Positions 1 to 6,165 of a stretch of 6,277 nucleotides of DNA are shown in pieces. Position 1 is the first letter of the stretch. Each line of letters opens with the position of its first letter. The DNA is from a virus. Taxonomy: Duplodnaviria > Heunggongvirae > Uroviricota > Caudoviricetes. Location of the stretch: IMG/VR virus record IMGVR_UViG_2690316166_000005. The stretch is one strand, 5' to 3'. The translations under genes were made by a program, and so were the position numbers. The notes beneath the pieces are model-generated. The model saw nothing but the letters and a program-made list of their open reading frames with translations, ran no database searches and had not been told where the DNA came from.

Positions 1-117
1 GCCATGATTCGCCATATCACAAAGGCGGAGTTATCCCGCGTGGAGATAGTCGAGCTGCTCAGTCAGGAGTCGGAAAAATTTCACAATATCGGATTGTCTC
101 GCGGGGAGGTGCTTTGA
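1..117 (+). CDS. C-terminal fragment of an upstream phage early-region ORF (hypothetical protein); 5' end lies outside the window
   Basis: Frame 1 is open from position 1 to a TGA at 115-117 (translation ...[38 protein letters not shown]). The stop overlaps the next start as TGATG (TGA 115-117, ATG 117-119), typical of translational coupling in phage operons. Too short to appear in the ORF track; product unknown. Confidence 0.35.
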
Positions 118-416
118 TGTCCTGTTCTCATTCAGTTGTATTACTGAATAACGCCTTAAAAATCGCCGTTATGAAAAATGGCGACTTGTCTCTTATTCAA
201 CTTTGTCTTGATAAAGAAAAACGCGACATCACTGAATCTGTTATCGCGATTTATCAGAATGAATTAAACCTCCTGTCTGATGTGGTCAATTTACTTGTTA
301 AACGCGCTGTATTCCACAAGCAAATTTCCTCAGTGGATGAACTGACAAAATTAACGACAGAACTTGCCAGTTATTGCGCTGATGTATCCAGGAAACTTAA
401 CGATAAAAGGAGCTGA
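117..416 (+). CDS. hypothetical small protein of the P2-like early operon (~99 aa)
   Basis: ORF track 114..416; the ATG at 117 is preferred over the TTG at 114 because a GGGGAGG Shine-Dalgarno sits ~7 nt upstream. Stop TGA 414-416. Same strand and tight spacing with flanking genes. No recognisable motif. Confidence 0.6.
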   Translation: MSCSHSVVLLNNALKIAVMKNGDLSLIQLCLDKEKRDITESVIAIYQNELNLLSDVVNLLVKRAVFHKQISSVDELTKLTTELASYCADVSRKLNDKRS

Positions 417-418
417 TA

Positions 419-643
419 ATGCCGGACAACATAGATTTTATTCAGGAACAACAGGCTGAATTACTGGAGCGCCAGATTAACGCGGCAAGGGTAAAACATT
501 GCGGTGCTTCTGCGCTGGTTTGCGAAGAGTGTGACGCGCCAATTCCTGCTGCCCGTCGTGCGGCTTATCCGTCAGCCACGCGTTGTGTTTCCTGTCAGTC
601 AGTCTTTGAAGCAAAAAACAAACATTACCGGAGAACGGCATGA
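419..643 (+). CDS. TraR/DksA-family C4-type zinc-finger protein (74 aa)
   Basis: Strong SD AAGGAG (407-412) 6 nt before ATG 419. The protein has two CxxC pairs (C-E-E-C ... C-V-S-C) about 20 residues apart near the C-terminus and a helical N-terminus, the pattern of TraR/DksA zinc fingers; such a gene is found just upstream of the replication gene in P2-like phages. Stop TGA 641-643 overlaps the next ATG (ATGA). Confidence 0.85.
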   Translation: MPDNIDFIQEQQAELLERQINAARVKHCGASALVCEECDAPIPAARRAAYPSATRCVSCQSVFEAKNKHYRRTA

Positions 644-915
644 GTATTCGTATTGAAATTGGCGAACGTTATGTCGTTACCAGTGACAGCTTCCAGTTTA
701 TTCTCCACGAGAAAAAGAGAGCGGAAAGCGGTAAAAACGCCGGTCAGGAATGGCTGGCGGTGGTTGGTTATTACCCGAAATTAAGCCAGCTCGTTTCCGG
801 CCTGATGCATCACGATATTCTGACCGGAAGCGCAAAGTCTTTTGCTGATTTAAACGCGCAGGTTGAGCAACTCAGCAAGCGTTGTTCAGAGGCTTTTGGC
901 TCATATGGCCGTTAA
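640..915 (+). CDS. hypothetical small phage protein (91 aa)
   Basis: ATG 640 overlaps the preceding stop (ATGA at 640-643), with a GGAGAA SD-like sequence upstream. Ends TAA 913-915, overlapping the start of the replication gene. No recognisable motif. Confidence 0.6.
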   Translation: MSIRIEIGERYVVTSDSFQFILHEKKRAESGKNAGQEWLAVVGYYPKLSQLVSGLMHHDILTGSAKSFADLNAQVEQLSKRCSEAFGSYGR

Positions 916-3202
916 AGCCTCCGGGCGTTTTGTCCCTCCGTCAGCATTTGCTGCAGGCACCGGTAAGGCGTTTACCGGTGCTTATGCATGGAACGCGCCA
1001 CGCGAGGCTGTCGGGCGCGAAAGACCCCTTACACGTGACGAGATGCGTCAGGTGCAAGGTGTTTTATCCACGATTAACCGCCTGCCTTACTTTTTGCGCT
1101 CGCTGTTTACGTCACGCTATGACTACATCCGGCGCAATAAAAGCCCGGTGCACGGGTTTTATTTCCTCACATCCACTTTTCAGCGTCGTTTATGGCCGCG
1201 CATTGAGCGTGTGAATCAGCGCCATGAAATGAACACCGACGCGTCGATGCTGTTTCTGGCTGAGCGTGACCACTATGCGCGCCTGCCGGGAATGAATGAC
1301 AAGGAGCTGAAAAAGTTTGCCGCCCGTATCTCATCGCAGCTTTTCATGATGTATGAGGAACTCAGCGATGCCTGGGTGGATGCGCATGGCGAAAAAGAAT
1401 CGCTGTTTACGGATGAGGCGCAGGCTCACCTCTATGGTCATGTTGCTGGCGCTGCACGTGCTTTCAATATTTCCCCTCTCTACTGGAAAAAATACCGTAA
1501 AGGACAGATGACCACGAGGCAGGCATATTCTGCCATTGCCCGTCTGTTTAACGATGAGTGGTGGATTAGTCAGCTTAAAGGCCAGCGTATGCGCTGGCAT
1601 GAGGCGTTACTGATTGCTGTCGGGGAGGTCAATAAAGACCGTTCTCCTTATGCCAGTAAACATGCCATTCGTGATGTGCGTGCACGCCGCCAGGCAAATC
1701 TGGAATTTCTTAAATCGTGTGATCTCGAAAACAGGGAAACAGGCGAGCGCATCGACCTTATCAGTAAGGTGATGGGCAGTATTTCTAATCCTGAAATTCG
1801 CCGGATGGAGCTGATGAACACCATTGCCGGTATTGAGCGTTACGCCGCCGCAGAAGGTGATGTGGGGATGTTTATCACGCTGACCGCGCCGTCAAAGTAT
1901 CACCCGACACGTCAGGTTGGAAAAGGCGAAAGTAAAACCGTCCAGCTAAATCACGGCTGGAACGATGAGGCATTTAATCCAAAGGATGCGCAGCGTTATC
2001 TCTGCCGTATCTGGAGCCTGATGCGCACGGCATTCAAGGATAATGATTTACAGGTCTACGGTTTGCGAGTCGTCGAGCCACACCACGACGGAACGCCGCA
2101 CTGGCATATGATGCTTTTTTGTAATCCACGCCAGCGTAACCAGATTATCGAAATCATGCGTCGCTACGCGCTCAAAGAGGATGGCGACGAAAGAGGAGCT
2201 GCGCGAAACCGTTTTCAGGCAAAACATCTTAATCGGGGCGGTGCTGCGGGGTATATCGCGAAATACATCTCAAAAAATATCGACGGCTATGCACTGGATG
2301 GGCAGCTCGATAACGATAGCGGCAGACCGCTGAAAGATACTGCCGCGGCTGTTACCGCATGGGCGTCAACGTGGCGCATTCCGCAATTTAAAACGGTTGG
2401 CCTGCCGACAATGGGGGCTTACCGTGAACTACGCAAATTGCCTCGCGGCGTCAGCATTGCTGATGAGTTTGACGAGCGCGTCGAGGCTGCACGCGCCGCC
2501 GCAGACAGTGGTGATTTTGCGCTGTATATCAGCGCGCAGGGTGGGGCAAATGTCCCGCGCGATTGTCAGACTGTCAGGGTCGCCCGTAGTCCGTCGGATG
2601 AAGTTAACGAGTACGAGGAAGAAGTCGAGAGAGTGGTCGGCATTTACGCGCCGCATCTCGGCGCGCGTCATATTCATATCACCAGAACGACGGACTGGCG
2701 CATTGTTCCGAAAGTGCCGGTCGTTGAGCCTTTGACTTTAAAAAGCGGCATCGCCGCGCCTCGGAGTCCTGTCAATAACTGTGGAAAGCTCACTGGTGGT
2801 GATACTTCGTTACCGGCTCCCACACCTTCTGAGCACGCCGCAGCAGTGCTTAATCTGGTAGATGACGGTGTTATCGAATGGAATGACCCGGAGGTTGTGA
2901 GGGCGCTCAGAGGTGCATTAAAACACGGACTGAGAAGACCAAACCGTCAGCAAAGAAACGGAAGCCCGTTAAAACCGCATGAAATAGCGCCATCGGCCAG
3001 ACTGACCCGGTCGGAACGAATGCAAATTACCCGTATCCGCGTTGACCTTGCTCAGAACGGTATCAGGCCGCAGCGATGGGAGCTTGAGGTGCTGGCGCGT
3101 GGGGCAACCGTAAATTATGACGGGAAAAAATTCACTTACCCGCTCGCTGATGAGTGGTCGGGATTCTCAACAGTATTAGAGTCAAACTCAGTGAAGCGTT
3201 AA
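905..3202 (+). CDS. A: rolling-circle replication initiation endonuclease, P2 gpA-like (HUH superfamily), ~765 aa from ATG 905
   Basis: Long ORF (track 863..3202, which begins at a TTG). HUH motif P-H-W-H-M-M-L-F encoded at 2099-2107. Paired catalytic tyrosines in G-Y-I-A-K-Y-I-S-K (Tyr codons 2252-2254 and 2264-2266), the same YxxKY spacing as phiX174 gpA and P2 gpA. The size (~765 aa) and the N-terminus MAVKASGRF... are consistent with my recollection of P2 gpA. Start set at ATG 905, which overlaps the upstream ORF by 11 nt; TTG 863 is an alternative. Confidence 0.9.
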   Translation: MAVKASGRFVPPSAFAAGTGKAFTGAYAWNAPREAVGRERPLTRDEMRQVQGVLSTINRLPYFLRSLFTSRYDYIRRNKSPVHGFYFLTSTFQRRLWPRIERVNQRHEMNTDASMLFLAERDHYARLPGMNDKELKKFAARISSQLFMMYEELSDAWVDAHGEKESLFTDEAQAHLYGHVAGAARAFNISPLYWKKYRKGQMTTRQAYSAIARLFNDEWWISQLKGQRMRWHEALLIAVGEVNKDRSPYASKHAIRDVRARRQANLEFLKSCDLENRETGERIDLISKVMGSISNPEIRRMELMNTIAGIERYAAAEGDVGMFITLTAPSKYHPTRQVGKGESKTVQLNHGWNDEAFNPKDAQRYLCRIWSLMRTAFKDNDLQVYGLRVVEPHHDGTPHWHMMLFCNPRQRNQIIEIMRRYALKEDGDERGAARNRFQAKHLNRGGAAGYIAKYISKNIDGYALDGQLDNDSGRPLKDTAAAVTAWASTWRIPQFKTVGLPTMGAYRELRKLPRGVSIADEFDERVEAARAAADSGDFALYISAQGGANVPRDCQTVRVARSPSDEVNEYEEEVERVVGIYAPHLGARHIHITRTTDWRIVPKVPVVEPLTLKSGIAAPRSPVNNCGKLTGGDTSLPAPTPSEHAAAVLNLVDDGVIEWNDPEVVRALRGALKHGLRRPNRQQRNGSPLKPHEIAPSARLTRSERMQITRIRVDLAQNGIRPQRWELEVLARGATVNYDGKKFTYPLADEWSGFSTVLESNSVKR
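2755..2785 (+). other. candidate rolling-circle origin (nick site) embedded in the gpA coding sequence
   Basis: In P2 the origin cleaved by gpA lies inside the 3' part of gene A. The segment GCGCCTCGGAGTCCTGTCAATAACTG here resembles my unverified recollection of the P2 ori/nick region and sits about 80% of the way through the gene. Position is inferred, not demonstrated. Confidence 0.25.
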
Positions 3203-3240
3203 CTCAATAAATATGAGTTTATAAGTTAGGCCTCGAGATT

Positions 3241-3285
3241 TTGTAGAAAGGGATGTATACTGAGTATCGTATAGATTTGGAGTGA
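3241..3285 (+). promoter_or_regulatory. putative promoter and ribosome-binding region for the methyltransferase gene
   Basis: AT-rich 83-bp intergenic spacer after the gpA stop. -10-like hexamers TATACT (3256-3261) and TATAGA (3270-3275) and a -35-like TTGTAG (3241-3246) are present, but spacing is non-canonical. SD GGAG (3279-3282) lies 6 nt upstream of ATG 3289. Confidence 0.3.
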
Positions 3286-3288
3286 GTG

Positions 3289-4311
3289 ATGACTGTAAAG
3301 GTGATAGACCTTTTTTGTGGTGCTGGCGGATTAACTCATGGTTTGCAGCTTGCGGGGCTTGATGTCGTTGCAGGCATTGACCTTGAGGGGGAATGTAGGT
3401 TTCCCTATGAAAGAAACAATAAATCTAAGTTTATTGAGCAAGATATCGCTAAAGTAACAAAAGAGGAACTGCTGAGGCTTTATGGTGATGCGTCTGTAAA
3501 AGTATTGGCAGGATGCGCACCTTGCCAACCTTTTTCAAAATATACTCAAGGAAAAGATAAGGCTGATGATAAAAAATGGCCTCTTCTTTATGAGTTCGAA
3601 CGTTTAATTCGCGAAGTATCTCCAGAAATCGTAACAATGGAGAACGTTCCTGATGTAACTAAACATAAAGTTTATAATGATTTTTATAATTCATTGTTAA
3701 AGTTGGGCTATTATGTTTGGGCGTCTAAGATTGATTGTGTCGAATATGGAATCCCACAAAACCGTTCCCGTCATGTATTGTTGGCCTCAAAATTGGGGGC
3801 GATTGAGTTAGTAAAACGTGACGATGTTATTTTGAAAACAGTTAGAGATGCAATAGGAAATCTTCCTCCATTAGAAGATGGCCAAACAGATCCAAATGAT
3901 ATATTACATAGAGCCAGTAAATTAAATCCGATTAATAAAAAAAGAATTATACACTCTGTTCCTGGTGGTACATGGAAGGACTGGCCGAAAGAGTTGGTTG
4001 CCGCTTGTCATATGAAATCCAGCGGTAAAGGGTATGCTAGTGTATATGGGCGCATGTCTTGGGATAAGCCAAGTCCAACAATTACAACTCTTTGTTATGG
4101 TTTCGGGAATGGGCGTTTTGGACATCCAGAACAGCATAGAGCGATTTCTCTTAGAGAGGCTGCTTTATTGCAAACTTTCCCGATGGATTATATTTTTGTA
4201 GAAGACAAAAACAAGTTTGTTATAAGAAGTATTGGGAAAATGATAGGTAATGCTGTTCCTGTGGAACTAGGAAAAGCAATTGGGCAATCAATCAAGAACC
4301 ATTTAGAATGA
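3289..4311 (+). CDS. DNA (cytosine-5)-methyltransferase (C5-MTase), ~340 aa
   Basis: Canonical C5-MTase motifs in the canonical order: motif I F-C-G-A-G-G (3313-3330, AdoMet binding); motif IV G-C-A-P-C-Q-P-F-S with the catalytic Cys in PCQ (3520-3528); motif VI E-N-V (3640-3648); motif VIII Q-N-R-S-R; C-terminal motif X G-N-A-V-P-V. ATG 3289 is preferred over GTG 3286 on SD spacing. Stop TGA 4309-4311. Confidence 0.9.
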   Translation: MTVKVIDLFCGAGGLTHGLQLAGLDVVAGIDLEGECRFPYERNNKSKFIEQDIAKVTKEELLRLYGDASVKVLAGCAPCQPFSKYTQGKDKADDKKWPLLYEFERLIREVSPEIVTMENVPDVTKHKVYNDFYNSLLKLGYYVWASKIDCVEYGIPQNRSRHVLLASKLGAIELVKRDDVILKTVRDAIGNLPPLEDGQTDPNDILHRASKLNPINKKRIIHSVPGGTWKDWPKELVAACHMKSSGKGYASVYGRMSWDKPSPTITTLCYGFGNGRFGHPEQHRAISLREAALLQTFPMDYIFVEDKNKFVIRSIGKMIGNAVPVELGKAIGQSIKNHLE

Positions 4312-4312
4312 T

Positions 4313-4340
4313 AAAATGGCCTGCTTTACAGGCCTTATAA
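4313..4340. terminator. putative bidirectional intrinsic terminator between convergent genes
   Basis: Perfect inverted repeat GGCCTG (4318-4323) / CAGGCC (4329-4334) with a 5-nt loop, flanked by an A-run on one side and T-rich sequence on the other. It lies exactly between the MTase stop (4311) and the HEPN gene stop (4341). The stem is short (6 bp), so strength is uncertain. Confidence 0.45.
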
Positions 4341-5021
4341 CTATTGTTCTAAATATTCATTATTATTTATATAGTGCTCTATATTATTCACGATAGCATC
4401 AAGATAGGCGATTACTTCTAATGAAATATTCTCTAAGTCCTGATATGAAACATTTTTTCCAATCTCAGCAAATGATACATTGCCATGAGATAAATCATTA
4501 CGATGTTGTTTAACAGTGGCTAATTTTTCACCATGTTTAGTGTGAGTGTAATCGGAATGTGTAGAAAAACCATATATTTTCGATTTTTCTTTGATTTCCT
4601 CTCTATCAATATTTCCTGAGAATATTTTCTTTTTGTTGAACGTGCCATAAGATATACCGCAAGATATACCTTTGGTAAGGTGATTAACTAAACTTTCAAC
4701 ATTTACAGATTCATTTTTTAATCTTTTTAATATTTCTGACCTGAGATTTTTCCTGAGTTTGTCAAATTCTACGTTTCTATCATAAATAGTCTCATGAATA
4801 AGGCAGATAGCTTCTCTCATTGTTGATTCAATGAGGTTATATAACAGTATATATACTGCTCCCTTTAGAGTTTTTCGTGATTGAGCAGTAATGGAGAACT
4901 TATGTTCTTTATCATCAGCTGATATCAGTTCTGCACCGGCATACTCAATAAATTTCAAAAGATCCAAATAGGCCAAGATCTCTCCTGACCTTTCGTCAAA
5001 ATCCTCACGAAAACGATCCAT
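4341..5021 (-). CDS. HEPN-domain protein (MAE_28990/MAE_18760-like predicted RNase), 226 aa
   Basis: ATG at 5019-5021 (- strand) with an AGAGGA SD 5 nt upstream, located inside the 3' end of the upstream gene. Only 1 nt separates the upstream TAA (5023-5025) from this ATG. Contains an Rx4H HEPN-type motif, H-R-N-D-L-S-H-G (Arg codon 4500-4502, His codon 4485-4487), near the C-terminal third of a small, predicted all-helical protein. Stop TAG 4341-4343. Confidence 0.75.
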   Translation of the reverse strand: MDRFREDFDERSGEILAYLDLLKFIEYAGAELISADDKEHKFSITAQSRKTLKGAVYILLYNLIESTMREAICLIHETIYDRNVEFDKLRKNLRSEILKRLKNESVNVESLVNHLTKGISCGISYGTFNKKKIFSGNIDREEIKEKSKIYGFSTHSDYTHTKHGEKLATVKQHRNDLSHGNVSFAEIGKNVSYQDLENISLEVIAYLDAIVNNIEHYINNNEYLEQ

Positions 5022-5022
5022 G

Positions 5023-6165
5023 TTAATCCTCTAATAATTTATCCCGAACATATTCAATTCGTTCAATTACCTTCACGCGACTATTAGCTCCGTCGGAAGT
5101 GGTCAATCGTTTGAATTCTTCTGAGCTTAGCCAATCTAAGTTCTTGGGAACAAGGTCAGGGACTTCACGTAATGCAAGTGCTGCGCCAACAGCGAGAGAT
5201 TCGAATCTAACTCGAGGTGTAGATTTTGCAGTAATAGTTTTCTTGAATCCTGCTGGGAAATAGTTTTCAACAAAAGATAGAACATTAGCAAACTCTTGTT
5301 TCATTGAGTTTTGTTTAGTTTCGTCTATATCTCGATTTTCTGACATATAGTCATTTAGAAAATCCCGTACGGAATGATCAAAGTTCTTGTACTTATCTAC
5401 GTAGGCAAAGAATCTTAATGTAAATTCTAACCGTTCATCTCGTTTTTCTTTAGTCTGAGATAAAGGTGCTAATTCTTTAAATTTAGGTATTGTTGAGCAT
5501 GGCTTAATAACCTGTGTATATAAATTTGTTGAACCAAGTTCTGATCCTTTACGGACTTCCATATCTTTCAATATATCGCTGCCAGAGTTAATACGCTCAA
5601 AAAGATCTCTACGGGTTTCTTCATTGCATTTAGAACTCAATTCTATAACGCGGACAGGAATTCTCATGAAACGACGTTGACGTGATAATGGTAAATCTTG
5701 GAATTTGAAACCATTAAGGACGTCTAAAGATTTCAGGTCTTGTAAAACTAATTCATTTTGGATAAAAGCGTGTATAGTCCTAACTCGTTGTGAGCCATCA
5801 ACAATCTCAATTCGCCCATCTAAATCGGGATCTTCGGAGAGAACATCTGCTATAAATATATATGGTATAGGAAAACCCAAAATCAAAGACTCTATCAATT
5901 TTGATTGTCTTTTTTCACTCCAAACAAAATCCCTTTGATAATCAGGAACAAAGAGTTCGTTAGTATCATCCTCTAATCCGTTATGATACTTATTAACTAA
6001 TAACTCAACGGTAAATTCTTTGGTCTCAAAATCCACATCCTTTTGCTCAGCACGAATTTGCTCTTCAGCGTTTTGCTTTATCACCTCTAGCTGAGCAAGC
6101 AACTCTGCTCTTTTCTTGGCATTATCTTCATTTTCTAGTTGAGATTTTAAATCAATAATGTCCAT
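5023..6165 (-). CDS. DUF262 (ParB-like / GmrS-like N-terminal domain) protein, ~380 aa
   Basis: ORF track 5023..6183, beginning at a TTG. ATG at 6163-6165 (- strand) is preferred because an AAGGGAA SD lies 7 nt upstream. Hallmark DUF262 motifs: V-P-D-Y-Q-R-D-F-V-W (DYQR codons 5932-5943) and I-V-D-G-S-Q-R (DGSQR codons 5785-5799, the DGQQR-type motif). No HNH/DUF1524-like motif was recognised in the C-terminal half. Confidence 0.8.
   Translation of the reverse strand: MDIIDLKSQLENEDNAKKRAELLAQLEVIKQNAEEQIRAEQKDVDFETKEFTVELLVNKYHNGLEDDTNELFVPDYQRDFVWSEKRQSKLIESLILGFPIPYIFIADVLSEDPDLDGRIEIVDGSQRVRTIHAFIQNELVLQDLKSLDVLNGFKFQDLPLSRQRRFMRIPVRVIELSSKCNEETRRDLFERINSGSDILKDMEVRKGSELGSTNLYTQVIKPCSTIPKFKELAPLSQTKEKRDERLEFTLRFFAYVDKYKNFDHSVRDFLNDYMSENRDIDETKQNSMKQEFANVLSFVENYFPAGFKKTITAKSTPRVRFESLAVGAALALREVPDLVPKNLDWLSSEEFKRLTTSDGANSRVKVIERIEYVRDKLLED

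Noticed and set aside
863-904. TTG at 863 as the start of gene A
   Set aside because: Non-ATG codon with no convincing SD, and it would create a 53-nt overlap with the upstream ORF; ATG 905 gives a gpA-like N-terminus. Kept as an alternative only.
882-1214. 110-aa + strand ORF in an alternative frame
   Set aside because: Lies entirely inside the gpA coding region in a different frame; gpA has strong motif support, whereas this ORF has an arginine/cysteine-rich composition typical of an out-of-frame translation.
1331-1600. 89-aa - strand ORF
   Set aside because: Antisense to the gpA coding sequence with no SD or motif support; most likely a chance ORF.
2397-2735. 112-aa + strand ORF and 82-aa - strand ORF (2429..2677)
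   Set aside because: Both are embedded in the gpA gene in other frames or on the opposite strand; their Arg/Ser-rich, low-complexity translations suggest frame-shifted reading of GC-rich coding sequence.
3228-3237. Overlapping palindromes AGGCCTCGAG just after the gpA stop, considered as a terminator hairpin or engineered cloning junction
   Set aside because: These are 6-bp self-complementary sites without a stem-loop-forming inverted repeat and T-tract; their occurrence at the core/cargo boundary is most simply coincidence. Cannot exclude a recombination junction but no supporting repeats were seen.
3286-3288. GTG at 3286 as the methyltransferase start
   Set aside because: The GGAG SD is only 3 nt upstream of it; the ATG at 3289 has better spacing.
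3331-3637. Two short - strand ORFs (3331..3528, 3449..3637)
   Set aside because: Antisense to the N-terminal motifs I and IV of the methyltransferase; chance ORFs in AT-rich sequence.
3922-4137. 71-aa - strand ORF
   Set aside because: Antisense to the methyltransferase coding region; no independent support.
5705-5938. 77-aa + strand ORF
   Set aside because: Antisense to the DUF262 gene, overlapping its conserved motif region; chance ORF.
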